From: an uncultured Bacteroidota bacterium | GTDB lineage: Bacteria; Bacteroidota; Bacteroidia; UBA4408 | DNA length: 64,000 nucleotides | Direction of reading: 5' to 3' | NCBI GenBank assembly: GCA_903840505.1 | Contig: CAIMGI010000187.1 | Coordinates: 18,812 to 82,811 of the forward strand | Part shown: piece after piece, positions 10,208 through 21,700 of the stretch | Layout of the letters: each line of letters opens with the position of its first letter | Numbering within the stretch: position 1 is the first letter of the stretch | Translations under genes and position numbers: made by a program | Notes under the pieces: model-generated | Seen by the model: only the letters and a program-made list of their open reading frames with translations | Database searches by the model: none | Told to the model about the DNA's origin: nothing

Positions 10208-12934
10208 TTATTTTTCAAAAACCTTATTTATAATTGCTTGTTGTTGTTGTACGTGTGATTTTGCAAAACCTGTTGCCGGGCTTGCTCCTTCCGATCTTCC
10301 AATGTATTTCAATTGTATTCCTTGAGTTTCTATATGCTTCATAAACATTCGAATGATAAATGCCCAAGCTCCCATGTTTTCGGGTTCTTCTTGTACCCAA
10401 CAATACTCTTTTGCATTTTTATATTTTAGCAACACCTCGTTTACCTGCTTTATTGGAAAGGGATACAACTGTTCCAATCGTACAATTGCTATATCATCTG
10501 CTCCCGATTTTTCTTTTGCTTCATTCAAATCATAGAAAATTTTTCCGGTACAAAAAACCACTTTTTTTACCGACTTACTGTTTGCTGTAGAGTCGTCTAT
10601 TAATTCTTGAAAAGCACTTGAACTAAAATCATTGGCTGTTGAAACACAGCTTGGATAACGCAACAACTTTTTAGGAGTAAAGCATATCAATGGTTTTCGG
10701 AAACTGTGTTTTAATTGTCTGCGCAAAACGTGAAACTGATTTGCAGGTGTTGTTGTATTCACAACTTGAATATTATTTTCGGCACATTGTTGTAAAAAGC
10801 GCTCCATACGTGCACTCGAATGTTCGGGGCCCTGACCTTCATAGCCGTGTGGTAATAACATTACCAAGCCATTCATTCTTCTCCATTTGTATTCGGCAGA
10901 AGTAATAAATTGATCAATAATAATTTGTGCGCCATTAAAAAAATCGCCAAACTGTGCTTCCCAAATAGTTAAATTATTGGGCGATGCCATTGCATATCCG
11001 TATTCGTATCCTAACACAGCATATTCTGAAAGCAAGGAATTATAGATATCTAATTTGCCTTTTGCTCCAAAATTATTGAGTGGTAAATATTCTTCTTCTG
11101 AATCTTCCACTTTAACCACAGCGTGGCGGTGCGAGAATGTTCCCCTTTCAACATCTTGACCGCTAAATCGAACATTATAGCCTTCGTTCATTAAGGTTGC
11201 GTATGCCATCAATTCGCCCATTGCCCAATCGTATTTATCGTTTGTAATCATTGCCGCGCGGTCGTCAAAAAGTTTTTGAATTTTATTGAAAAACTTTTTG
11301 TCTTTGGGTAGTGTGGCAATTTTTTTTGCTATGTCTAAAAATGCTTTTTTCTCTACTCCTGTATTGGGTGACTTATCGAAGGATTCATTTCCTGCCATTT
11401 GTAAACCCGTCCATTGTCCTTCCAAGAAGGAAGTTATTTTTGCCTTTTCTGTTTGCTTTGCCTCATCTAATTTTTCTTGCAACAGGAGTTTAAAATTCTT
11501 TTCCAATTCTTTTGCAGCACTTGCTTCAATAGCTCCTTGGGCAAGCAATTGCTGAATATATATTTCCCTTGGGTTAGGGTGATTTGCAATTAATTTGTAC
11601 AACAAGGGCTGTGTAAAACGAGGCTCATCACCTTCATTATGGCCATACTTTCGGTAACATAAAATATCTACAAATACATCTTTCTTGAAAGTTTGACGAA
11701 ACTCCATTGCCATTTGACAAGCAAAAACGACAGCTTCCACATCATCACCATTTACGTGAAAAACGGGCGACAATACCACTTTTGCAACATCGGTACAATA
11801 AATACTGGAACGTGCGTCTGTATAATTAGTAGTAAACCCAACCTGATTGTTAATTACCAAATGCATTGTCCCACCTGTTTTATAGCCGTCCAACATCGAC
11901 ATTTGAATCAACTCATATATTATTCCTTGACCCGCAACGGCAGCATCTCCGTGCAATAGAATGGGGCAAACTTTACTGCTGTCTCCTTTGTGTGTAGTAT
12001 CAATTTTTGCTCTCGCAATTCCCGCAACAACCGGATTAACCGCCTCTAAGTGAGAAGGATTGGGAGTTAAGCTGGTGTGTATTTTTTTACCCTTATTACT
12101 CAATTGATCAGATGAATAACCCATGTGGTATTTTACATCCCCATCAAACAAAGAGTCTTCCGACTGCGTTCCTTCAAATTCGGTAAAAATATCTTTGTAT
12201 GTTTTGTTTAAAATATTCGCCAATATATTTAATCTTCCGCGGTGAGCCATTCCTATTACATAATCTTCAACACCTAAATCAGAACCTGTTTCAATAATAG
12301 CATCCAAGGCAGGAATAGTAGTTTCGGCACCTTCTAACGAAAAGCGTTTTTGCCCAACAAATTTTGTATGTAAAAAATTCTCGAATACTACCGCCTCATT
12401 TAATTTATTCAGGATTACTTTTTTCTCATCGAGCGAATACGTAGGAGTGTTTTTTGTTGTTTCCATGCGCGTTTGTAACCAATTTACAATCTTCGCATTT
12501 CGAATGTACATATATTCCACACCAATAGATTGACAATAGGTTTGCTCTAAATGCGCAACAATGTCTTTTAATTTAGCAGCACCAATTCCTATTTGTGTTC
12601 CCGCCTGGAAAACAGTTTCTAAATCACTGTTCTCTAAACCAAAATTTACAATATCAAGTGTTGGAGTATATTGTCTTCTTTCACGTACAGGATTTGTTTT
12701 GGTAAACAAATGCCCTCTGCTTCTATATCCGTTTATTAAGTTTATTACACTGAATTCTTTCTTTACATTTTGAGGAATTTCTCCGGCATCCTCGTAATTT
12801 TTTTGTGCAAATTCAAAACCTTCAAAAAACTTTTGCCATCCAATATCCACCGAATTATTGTCTTTTAAGTACTGCTGAAATAAGTCTTCAATGGAAGCAT
12901 TATGAGCATTGCTTAAATAAGAATATTTATCCAT
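10208..12934 (-). CDS. sucA: 2-oxoglutarate dehydrogenase E1 component
   Basis: 908 aa with E1o hallmark regions (GHNEGDEP, the ThDP-binding region and the HGDAAVAGQG motif). It lies immediately upstream of sucB. Confidence 0.9.
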   Translation of the reverse strand: MDKYSYLSNAHNASIEDLFQQYLKDNNSVDIGWQKFFEGFEFAQKNYEDAGEIPQNVKKEFSVINLINGYRSRGHLFTKTNPVRERRQYTPTLDIVNFGLENSDLETVFQAGTQIGIGAAKLKDIVAHLEQTYCQSIGVEYMYIRNAKIVNWLQTRMETTKNTPTYSLDEKKVILNKLNEAVVFENFLHTKFVGQKRFSLEGAETTIPALDAIIETGSDLGVEDYVIGMAHRGRLNILANILNKTYKDIFTEFEGTQSEDSLFDGDVKYHMGYSSDQLSNKGKKIHTSLTPNPSHLEAVNPVVAGIARAKIDTTHKGDSSKVCPILLHGDAAVAGQGIIYELIQMSMLDGYKTGGTMHLVINNQVGFTTNYTDARSSIYCTDVAKVVLSPVFHVNGDDVEAVVFACQMAMEFRQTFKKDVFVDILCYRKYGHNEGDEPRFTQPLLYKLIANHPNPREIYIQQLLAQGAIEASAAKELEKNFKLLLQEKLDEAKQTEKAKITSFLEGQWTGLQMAGNESFDKSPNTGVEKKAFLDIAKKIATLPKDKKFFNKIQKLFDDRAAMITNDKYDWAMGELMAYATLMNEGYNVRFSGQDVERGTFSHRHAVVKVEDSEEEYLPLNNFGAKGKLDIYNSLLSEYAVLGYEYGYAMASPNNLTIWEAQFGDFFNGAQIIIDQFITSAEYKWRRMNGLVMLLPHGYEGQGPEHSSARMERFLQQCAENNIQVVNTTTPANQFHVLRRQLKHSFRKPLICFTPKKLLRYPSCVSTANDFSSSAFQELIDDSTANSKSVKKVVFCTGKIFYDLNEAKEKSGADDIAIVRLEQLYPFPIKQVNEVLLKYKNAKEYCWVQEEPENMGAWAFIIRMFMKHIETQGIQLKYIGRSEGASPATGFAKSHVQQQQAIINKVFEK

Positions 12935-13223
12935 AATAAATTTATCTACAAAATTGAAGTGCCAAAGTTAAGCATAAATTGAATATTGGAAATTATAGCT
13001 TGTTTTTGTTCTGCAATAGGTTGGAATATTGTCTAATAAATCCAATCGTAAATTTCTTCCTTTCGAAAAATTGGCGTAGGTTTGCAGCCATAAATGAAAA
13101 ATTTTAAAAGCGTAAAGCAACTTGATAAACCCTTCCTATAATGGAAAGGATAATTGTGTTTTACACCAAAAAATAACCACAAGCCTTTCCTTAACAGAGA
13201 GGTTTTTTTATGAATAGAATAAT

Positions 13224-14213
13224 ATGAAAGTAGCAGTAGTAGGGGCCACTGGCCTAGTTGGAACAAAAATGATGGAAGTGTTGCTGGAGCGCAACTTCCC
13301 TCTTAGCGAGTTAATTCCGGTTGCTTCTGAAAAGTCGGTAGGCAAAGAAATTGTGTACAATGGAAAAAAATTCAAAGTCGTTGGTATGCAAACCGCCATT
13401 GATATGAAACCCAATGTGGCTTTGTTCTCTGCAGGAGGTTCAACTTCCTTGGAGTGGGCTCCTAAATTTGCTGCTGCAGGAATAACGGTTATAGATAATT
13501 CTTCGGCTTGGAGAATGGATGCAAGTAAAAAATTAGTAGTTCCCGAAATTAATGCAAGCGACTTAACATCAACAGATAAAATAATTGCCAACCCAAATTG
13601 TTCTACCATACAAATGGTGGTTGCATTGAACCCATTACATAAAAAATACAACATTAAAAGGGTCGTTGTTTCAACGTATCAATCGGTTACAGGAACCGGT
13701 GTAAAAGCCGTAACGCAGTTAATGAATGAGCGTAATGGAATAAAAGGGGAGATGGCTTATCCTTATACCATCGACTTAAATGTGATTCCGCAAATTGATG
13801 TTTTTTTGGATAACGGTTACACCAAAGAAGAAATGAAAATGGTGAACGAAACAAAAAAAATTATGGGGGATGAATCTATTCGCCTTACTGCAACTACTGT
13901 TCGTATACCTGTAATGGGAGGACACAGCGAAAGTGTGAACATTGAATTCGCAACTGATTTTGATTTGAGCGAAGTGCGTACATTATTACAAAATGCTCCC
14001 GGGGTTATTGTAGTTGATGATATAAAAAATTTGAAATACCCTATGCCGATGGATGCACACAATAAAGATGAGGTATTTGTAGGAAGAATTCGCAGAGATG
14101 AATCAAACCCAAACACATTGAATATGTGGATAGTTTCCGATAATCTTAGAAAAGGAGCAGCAACCAATGCGATTCAAATTGCTGAATATTTGGTAACACA
14201 GAAGTTAATTTGA
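13224..14213 (+). CDS. asd: Aspartate-semialdehyde dehydrogenase
   Basis: N-terminal VAVVGATGLVG Rossmann motif, the active-site NPNCSTI motif, and a length of 329 aa. Confidence 0.9.
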   Translation: MKVAVVGATGLVGTKMMEVLLERNFPLSELIPVASEKSVGKEIVYNGKKFKVVGMQTAIDMKPNVALFSAGGSTSLEWAPKFAAAGITVIDNSSAWRMDASKKLVVPEINASDLTSTDKIIANPNCSTIQMVVALNPLHKKYNIKRVVVSTYQSVTGTGVKAVTQLMNERNGIKGEMAYPYTIDLNVIPQIDVFLDNGYTKEEMKMVNETKKIMGDESIRLTATTVRIPVMGGHSESVNIEFATDFDLSEVRTLLQNAPGVIVVDDIKNLKYPMPMDAHNKDEVFVGRIRRDESNPNTLNMWIVSDNLRKGAATNAIQIAEYLVTQKLI

Positions 14214-14247
14214 TTTAATATATTTAACCTTTCTTATTTTACACGGA

Positions 14248-15675
14248 ATGAAGTCTTGGAATAAAACTAAAATTATTGCCACAATGGGTCCTGCCTCAAC
14301 CCCCATTGATGTGCTTGAAAAAATGATACAGGCGGGAGTAGATGTTTGTCGCATAAATTCATCACACGGTGCATACGATGACCATCAAAAAGTAATAGAC
14401 AATATTCGCAAACTGAATAAAAAGTACAAACAACATACGGCTATATTGGTAGATTTACAAGGTCCGAAATTACGTATAGGAGCGGTGGAAAATGGTTCGG
14501 TAGAAATAGTGAACGGACAAGAATTAATTATTACTACAGAGCAATGTGTTGGAAACAATAAAAAGGTTTATATCACTTACAAACAATTTCCCAAGGATGT
14601 TGCAATTGGAGATAGAGTACTTATTGATGATGGGAAATTATTGTTAAAGGTAACTGCTACAAATCGTAAAGATACTGTAAAAGCTACCGTTGTGAACGGA
14701 GGAACACTTTCTTCCAAAAAAGGGGTAAACCTGCCCAACACAAAAATTTCATTGCCTTGCCTTACTAAAAAGGATTTACTGGATTTAGACTTTGCACTAA
14801 AAAATAATGTAGAGTGGATTGGTTTGTCTTTTGTTCGTTCGGTTACTGACATTGCCGATTTAAAAGACATCATTAAAAAGAACAAGAAAACATCGCGTGT
14901 TATTGCAAAAATTGAAAAACCGGAGGCGGTAAAAGACATAGACGGCATCATTGATCTTGCAGATGCAATAATGGTTGCACGTGGCGACTTAGGTGTAGAA
15001 ATGCCGATGGAACAAGTTCCTCTGATTCAAAAAATGTTGGTGGATAAATGTATTGAAGCATCAAAACCTGTTATTATTGCCACCCAAATGATGGAGAGTA
15101 TGATTACTGCTTATACACCCACACGTGCAGAAGTGAACGATGTGGCAAATGCGGTGATGGATGGCGCAGATGCGGTGATGTTAAGCGGTGAAACATCGGT
15201 AGGAAAAGATCCTGTAAACGTGATTGAGCATATGCAAAAAATTGTTGCTGCTATTGAGAAAGGTGGAGAAATATATAACCGCGAACACGCACCTGCAATT
15301 ACCACACAAACATTTATTTCCGATTCTATTTGTTACAATGCTTGTGTTATGGCACGCCAAGCAAAAGCAAAAGGAATTGTTTCGATGACGAACTCGGGCT
15401 ATACTGCATTTAAATTATCGAGTCACCGCCCGAAAGCAAATATTTTTATTTTTACGGATAATCCAATCCTGCTAAACACGCTTAGTTTGGTATGGGGTGT
15501 GCGTGGATTTTTTTACGATAAGTACGAAAGTACAGACAAAACAATTGCAGATATAAATACCTATTTAAAAAAGTTCAACTACGTTAAAACGGACGATCTT
15601 GTTATAAACATTGCAAGTATTCCGATGAAGGAAAAAGGAAGAACCAATATGATCAAACTAAGCTATATAAAATAA
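14248..15675 (+). CDS. pyk: Pyruvate kinase
   Basis: N-terminal TKIIATMGPAS motif and the MVARGDLG(V)EMP signature. Length is 475 aa. Confidence 0.9.
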   Translation: MKSWNKTKIIATMGPASTPIDVLEKMIQAGVDVCRINSSHGAYDDHQKVIDNIRKLNKKYKQHTAILVDLQGPKLRIGAVENGSVEIVNGQELIITTEQCVGNNKKVYITYKQFPKDVAIGDRVLIDDGKLLLKVTATNRKDTVKATVVNGGTLSSKKGVNLPNTKISLPCLTKKDLLDLDFALKNNVEWIGLSFVRSVTDIADLKDIIKKNKKTSRVIAKIEKPEAVKDIDGIIDLADAIMVARGDLGVEMPMEQVPLIQKMLVDKCIEASKPVIIATQMMESMITAYTPTRAEVNDVANAVMDGADAVMLSGETSVGKDPVNVIEHMQKIVAAIEKGGEIYNREHAPAITTQTFISDSICYNACVMARQAKAKGIVSMTNSGYTAFKLSSHRPKANIFIFTDNPILLNTLSLVWGVRGFFYDKYESTDKTIADINTYLKKFNYVKTDDLVINIASIPMKEKGRTNMIKLSYIK

Positions 15676-15680
15676 ATTTT

Positions 15681-16727
15681 ATGTCATTAAATATAAAATT
15701 ACTGAAAGAAATATGTGAAACGCCTGGTGTTCCGGGGTATGAACAAAAAGTTAGAAACCTGGTATTGCGTGAAGTGAAAAAGCTTGCCGACAAAGTAAGC
15801 ATTGACAATATGGGCAATGTAACGGCATTTAAGAAAGGGAAAAAAAATAAAAAAGTAATGATTGCTGCTCATATGGATGAGATAGGTTTTATTGTTACTC
15901 ACATTGACGAAAAAGGGTTTTTGCGTTTTATTCCTTTGGGTGGTTTCGACCCAAAAACATTGACAGCACAGCGCGTTGTAGTACACGGGAAAAAAGATGT
16001 AGTAGGTGTAATGGGTTCAAAACCGATACACGTTATGAGTGCCGAAGAGCGTACGAAAGTAGCAAAGATTGAAGATTACTTTATTGATTTGGGTATGTCC
16101 AAAAAGGAAGTGGAGAAAGTAATAAGTGTTGGAAATACTGTTACACGTGAACGTGAATTGATTGAGATGGGAAATTGCGTGAATTGTAAATCGATCGATA
16201 ACCGCGTTTCTGTTTTTATTTTAATTGAAACATTGCGTCAACTAAAAAGTACGCCTTATGATGTATATGCTGTGTTTACTGTACAGGAAGAGGTTGGTAT
16301 AAGAGGAGCCAATGTTTCGGCATTGCAAATACAACCCGATTTTGGATTCGGATTAGATACTACTATTGCCTACGATGTTCCGGGAGCAAGAGAGCACGAA
16401 ATGATTACGCGTTTAGGCGATGGAACCGCTATAAAAATTATGGACTCCAGTACAATTTGCGATTTTCGTATGGTAGAGTATATGAAAAAAACGGCTGCCA
16501 AACACAAAATTAAAACGCAGCTCGAAATATTACCCGCAGGAGGAACCGACACTGCCGGGATACAGCGTATGACAGCCGGAGGTGCTATTTCAGGAGCCGT
16601 ATCCATTCCAACACGACACATCCATCAGGTAATTGAAATGGCCGATAAGGATGATATTTTAGGAAGCATTGCTTTGCTGAAAAATTGCATCCAAGATTTG
16701 GATACTTACGATTGGAGTTTTAACTAA
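15681..16727 (+). CDS. M42 family metallopeptidase (glutamyl aminopeptidase/FrvX-like)
   Basis: N-terminal LLKEICETPGVPGYE motif and the HMDEIGF motif. Length is 348 aa. Confidence 0.8.
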   Translation: MSLNIKLLKEICETPGVPGYEQKVRNLVLREVKKLADKVSIDNMGNVTAFKKGKKNKKVMIAAHMDEIGFIVTHIDEKGFLRFIPLGGFDPKTLTAQRVVVHGKKDVVGVMGSKPIHVMSAEERTKVAKIEDYFIDLGMSKKEVEKVISVGNTVTRERELIEMGNCVNCKSIDNRVSVFILIETLRQLKSTPYDVYAVFTVQEEVGIRGANVSALQIQPDFGFGLDTTIAYDVPGAREHEMITRLGDGTAIKIMDSSTICDFRMVEYMKKTAAKHKIKTQLEILPAGGTDTAGIQRMTAGGAISGAVSIPTRHIHQVIEMADKDDILGSIALLKNCIQDLDTYDWSFN

Positions 16728-17189
16728 ATGAAAATAATTTCTCCTTCAAGCAAAGAGGAGTTTGAGAAGTATTATCAACTTCGCTGGGAAGTACTACGCG
16801 CACCTTGGGGAAAACCAAAAGGAAGTGAAAAAGATGATATAGAAAACACAAGTATTCACGCCTTGATGTTGGATGAAAACAATACTGCAGTAGCGGTATG
16901 CAGATTAAACAGTACAGATGACAAGCAAATAGGTCAAGTACGATTCATGGGTGTTAGTTCTGCTGCACAAGGTAAAGGCTACGGGGCAAAAATAATGGAC
17001 TATATAGAACAAGAAGCTGAGAAACAAGGGATGCATAAAATTATTCTTCACGCGCGTGAAAATGCGTTAGAGTTTTATAAAAGATGCGGTTATACGATAG
17101 TCGAAAAAAGTTATTTAATGTGGGATGAGATACAGCATTATTTGATGGAGAAGGAGATTGCTTCTTCCCTTAAAAGATCATCCCAATAA
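16728..17189 (+). CDS. GNAT family N-acetyltransferase
   Basis: 153 aa with an acetyl-CoA-binding motif (QGKGYGAKIM). The gene is translationally coupled to the M42 peptidase gene (TAAATG). Confidence 0.7.
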   Translation: MKIISPSSKEEFEKYYQLRWEVLRAPWGKPKGSEKDDIENTSIHALMLDENNTAVAVCRLNSTDDKQIGQVRFMGVSSAAQGKGYGAKIMDYIEQEAEKQGMHKIILHARENALEFYKRCGYTIVEKSYLMWDEIQHYLMEKEIASSLKRSSQ

Positions 17190-17206
17190 CTATTTTTGGA
17201 AAAAAA

Positions 17207-18235
17207 TTAAGCAGTAATTTCCCCTCTAAGATTTTTCGAAAGCAAGGTTTTGGTTTTTGCCATTGGATATCCTTTCCCTAACAGGTACATTAATTTACAA
17301 ACTGCCGCTTCGGTAGTAATATCAAAACCCGATACTACACCAATTTTTTGAAGCCCCTTGCTGGTTTCGTATTTGCCTTGTATTACCGATCCACCGTTAC
17401 ATTGCGTTACATTGTACACAATGACACCTTTGGCAATTGCTTTTTTAAGCGCTTCAATAAACCAAGTTTCGGTAGGCGCATTACCGCTTCCAAAGGTTTC
17501 AATTATAACTGCTTTTAATCCTTTAATGCCCAACAACGCATTTACTGCTTGCTCTGTTATTCCGGGATATATTTTTAGTAAAGCAATGTTATAATCTAAC
17601 TTTGTTGATACTGCTAATTTCTTCGAAGTAGGTTTTAATAATGCAACTTGATTGTAATTTATATTTACGCCTGCTTCGGCCAAAGGAGGATAGTTGGCTG
17701 TTTCAAACGCATCGAAATGCTCGGAGTTGTATTTATGTGTTCGGTTACCTCTAAACAGTTGGTATTCGAAATAAATGGCCACTTCATTCACAATGGACTT
17801 TCCATTCTTTTTCGCGGCTGCAATTTCAATGGCAGTTATTAAATTTTCTTTCCCATCTGTGCGTATAATACCTATAGGCAATTGAGAGCCGGTGAGTATA
17901 ACAGGTTTGTTTAGGTTCTCCAACATAAAACTCAATGCCGATGCTGTAAACGCCATCGTATCGGAACCGTGGAGGATTACAAAACCATCGTATTTAGCAT
18001 AGTTTTTTTTGATTATTTCAGCCAATTTTATCCAAATACTTGGGTGCATATTGGAGGAATCTATCGGCTTTTCAAATGCAATGGATGAAAGTTGTATATC
18101 GAATTTTGAAAGTTCGGGAACTTGCTCTGTAAGGTTGCGAAAATTGAAAGGGACGAGCGACTGCGTTTTAGGGTCTTGAATCATACCAATGGTGCCACCG
18201 GTATAAATAAGCAATAGATTTGTTTTGTTGGCCAT
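17207..18235 (-). CDS. ansA: L-asparaginase, type I
   Basis: N-terminal LLLIYTGGTIGM threonine motif and an HGSDTMAF motif. The listed TTG start was replaced by the ATG at MANKT. Confidence 0.85.
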   Translation of the reverse strand: MANKTNLLLIYTGGTIGMIQDPKTQSLVPFNFRNLTEQVPELSKFDIQLSSIAFEKPIDSSNMHPSIWIKLAEIIKKNYAKYDGFVILHGSDTMAFTASALSFMLENLNKPVILTGSQLPIGIIRTDGKENLITAIEIAAAKKNGKSIVNEVAIYFEYQLFRGNRTHKYNSEHFDAFETANYPPLAEAGVNINYNQVALLKPTSKKLAVSTKLDYNIALLKIYPGITEQAVNALLGIKGLKAVIIETFGSGNAPTETWFIEALKKAIAKGVIVYNVTQCNGGSVIQGKYETSKGLQKIGVVSGFDITTEAAVCKLMYLLGKGYPMAKTKTLLSKNLRGEITA

Positions 18236-18313
18236 AAAATTGTTCAACAAATGTAGTAATTTGACTTATACTTTAATCGAATAAAAAGGATAGGGGGCGA
18301 ACAGTAACTTGGC

Positions 18314-18724
18314 TTAAGCCATTTTAAAATTCAATTCCACTTTTGAGCCATTGTCGTGGAAAACAACATTGTCGGCTAAGTGACCCATTAAAAACACGCC
18401 TCTACCATTCGGCTTTTCGATATTTTCAGGGTTTGTAGGGTCGGGAATAATGGTATGGTCAAAACCGGCTCCTTCATCTTTTACCAAAAAGGAAAGCATA
18501 CCATTTTTTGGTTTAAATTCAATGGTTACTTTTTTTGAAAGGTCGTTTTTATTGCCGTGTAAAATGGCATTGTTAACAGCTTCGGTAAGTCCTACCAAAA
18601 TGTTTCCATAATGATCCGTACTTACTTTGTATTCATCGCATACCTCTTCCACCAATTTCTCTACCAGCACTAGATTTTCGACCTTGGAACTGAAACTTAT
18701 TTTATGATTTTGCATTACTGCCAT
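18314..18724 (-). CDS. RsbW/SpoIIAB-like anti-sigma regulatory factor (HATPase_c serine kinase)
   Basis: 136 aa with the N-box (EAVNNAILHG), the G1 box (VKDEGAGFD) and the G2 box (GRGVFLMGHL), laid out as in RsbW. Confidence 0.8.
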   Translation of the reverse strand: MAVMQNHKISFSSKVENLVLVEKLVEEVCDEYKVSTDHYGNILVGLTEAVNNAILHGNKNDLSKKVTIEFKPKNGMLSFLVKDEGAGFDHTIIPDPTNPENIEKPNGRGVFLMGHLADNVVFHDNGSKVELNFKMA

Positions 18725-18737
18725 TTGGCAAATGTAT

Positions 18738-21700
18738 TTATTTTGTAACGTTATTAAAATAATCCGTTACCTTATTTTTATAAAAAGTATTTAACGAAGG
18801 AGGGACAGTTTTTAACAATTCGGTTTCTTTCATTTTAAGTCTGTTATACTCATTAAACAGATTAAGGTTACTAAAATTTTCAATATTCGACTCTTTCGAC
18901 TCTCTTTTTTCGTCTTGATCCCTTTCTCTCTCTGCTTTTTCAGACTCTAACAATCTTGTTAAAATTTCTTCTTGGCGCATCATTGTTTCTTGAGTAATGG
19001 TTTTATTTACCAAATCGGTCTCGGTTTTCTCCATCTGCTCGGCCAATTTTTGCATGTTTCCGTTGCCTTGTTTGCCATCTTTGTTCATTTCATCACCCAT
19101 TTTCTGTAATTCTCTTCTGAGGGCCTCCTGTTGGGCTGCTAAGCGTGCAAATTGCTCACTGGTACTATTCTTTCCGTTTTTACCATCCTTACCATCTTTG
19201 CCTTCCTTGCCATCTTTTTTTCCATTCGGATTTTTCATTCCCTCCTTCAGCTTCGCAATTTGCTCGTTTATTTGTTGTTGCATCGATTTCATAGTAGATG
19301 CGGAAGGTTTTTGACCTTTTCCACCCGGTTTTTTACAACTTCCACTGCCTTCTTTAGCAGGTTTTTTTTGCATTTGCTGTTGCATTTGATTGAGTGCTTC
19401 GCTTAACATCAAGGCAAGGTTATTTACACCTGTCATCACATATTGTTGTCGCCCTGCTGCCACTTGAGTTTGTCTGTCGGCAATGTCGGCTATCGCTTTT
19501 TCCATATTGGCGTTTATTTCGCTTATTTCGCGGTTTACCACTGCCGATATTTGTGGCTGACGTTTACTCAATGCAAACAAGGAATCTTCTATCATTTTCG
19601 AATCGTCCTTTATTTTCTTTTGCTGACGAGCAATTTCAACGTATTTTGGATTAACCCTGTCAATATTATTGGTTTGTTTCATAAGCTCTTCTTGAGCAAA
19701 AGAAACATTGATGAGGTTTTCTAATATTTCACGCAGGGCATTCATATCCTCTTCTTGCTCTTGTTGTTCCATTTGCTGCTGCATACTTTTCATTTCCTGT
19801 GAAAGCTGATCCATTTTTTCACCCGCCTTTTTTTGTGATTTTGCAGCTTGTTGTTTTTTGCTTTCGCTGTTGTTTTTATTCTCGTTAAGTTGCTCTGAAC
19901 TTTTTTCTTGTTCCTTCGATATTTCTTGTTGCAATTCCTCGGTGTTCTTCATTTCATTGGGTTGTTCCAACTCAGCATTTTTCTTTTTTAAGTCTTCCAA
20001 CTCTTTTTTTACCTCGTCAAACTCTTTGTTTAGCTTTTCTTGTTCTTTGTTCAGCTCCTTGCTATCACTTTTCTTCTCTTCCGTTTTCTCTGCTAATTTT
20101 TTTTGATCTTCTGCCAACTTATCCAATTTTTCGGTTGTTTCACCCATCTTTTTCTCAAATTCCAACTGCTTGAAAATTTCCAATGAACGGTCGAGCTCTT
20201 TTTCCATATCCTTGTTATCCAACTTCATTTTTTCCAATTGCTCCTGAATTTTCTCTTTGTCCATTTTACTGAGCAATTTCTCCAATTCTTTGAATTTCTC
20301 TTTCATTTCATCGGTCATAATTTGCTCAAAAAGCTTTTCTAACTGTTGCTGTTTCTCCAACAATTTTTCATCAGGTTGTTTGAATTCATTTTCCTTTTTG
20401 TTGTTCAAGCTGTTCTGCTTTTCAATGTTTTCAACATCTTTTTGCAATTGTTTTTGTTTTTCAAGAAGGTCTTTTATTTTTTTCAATTCATCGTAGCTCA
20501 GTATCTTTTTCTCCAACATTTTTTGATTGATATCCGCTAGTTCTTTTTGTAAGTCCTTTGCTTTCTGTATACTTTCTTGAATGTCCTTTTTTAGCTCCTT
20601 GTTGTTTTTCTCGCTGTTCTTTGCCAATTCACTTAAAGTAGGGGCCTTGTATACCATTCTTTGTGTGCGAGCCGATTTGTTGCCATTTACACCATCGTTA
20701 TCAAATACTTCAAAGTAATATTCTATTTCATCGCCCGGTTGAATGTTAAATGAAGTAAGATCCCAATAGTGGAAAAAATTGTCTTGTGTAATTTGTTTGT
20801 TTAGTCCTAGTTGCTGACTCACCAAACGCCCTGATACAGATTTGTTGGAATCATTTTCAGTTAAAAATTTATAATTGAAAGCAAGTTTTGAAAACCCGTA
20901 ATCGTCTTTAATTTGACCTTTGAAATAAATGCGTTGGCTTGATATAGAATCGGGACGTTCTTCCACCTGAATGCTTGGGTACATATCGGGAATTACATTT
21001 ATGGAATAGCTTATTGAGTCGCCACTTTTAAGAAATTCATTTGCGGTGGTGATGTTATACGTTTTATTATTAAACAGTTGTGATGAATATGAGAAAACAT
21101 TGTTGTTAGGGTGGTCCAATGTAATAATGGTATCAACAAAACCCATTCTTAAAATACGTGAATGTTGTGTGTTGAATGTCCAGCGTACTTTTGTGCCGGC
21201 AGGAATTACCATATCTCCGGTGTTTGAAAGGACTTCGTCTTTTTTACCGACATAGTTCGGGTAATCTAATTGTACTTGAAAGCCAAGCATCAATGGGTTT
21301 GGAAGGGCTGTAATTTCATATTCCTTCGAATAATATCCATCAGCAAACAAACGAAAGCGAAGTGTTTTTTGTATGTTTTTGAACACATAACGAAATTTCA
21401 CCGCATTTTCTTTGTTGAGAGAATATTCGTTTTCGCCCACCTCAATGTAAGCGTTTGCAGGGATTTCATTTCCGCTTACTTTAATGTTTAATTCAAAATC
21501 TTGTTGCTGTATAGCCTGCATCGATTTATTGAGTACCTCAAAGCGAAAAGGGGACTCTTTTTCGTAATACACGGTGTGGTTGAACAGTCTATTGCTTGGG
21601 TCGGTGATGAGGTTAGGAAAAAATGTAAGCAAACAAAGTAAAATAAACACAGGAATAAAGGCATATTTTACATATTTCGAATTTTCCTTTAAGTCAATAG

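Noticed and set aside
13033-13654. Minus-strand ORFs overlapping the asd 5' region and the sucA-asd divergent intergenic region
   Set aside because: They are antisense to asd or lie in the promoter region, and have low-complexity translations.
18997-21491. Many 60-105-aa plus-strand ORFs inside 18.9-21.5 kb
   Set aside because: They are antisense to the 1131-aa coiled-coil gene. Their S/F/L-rich low-complexity translations are artefacts of the A/G-rich codon repeats on the coding strand.
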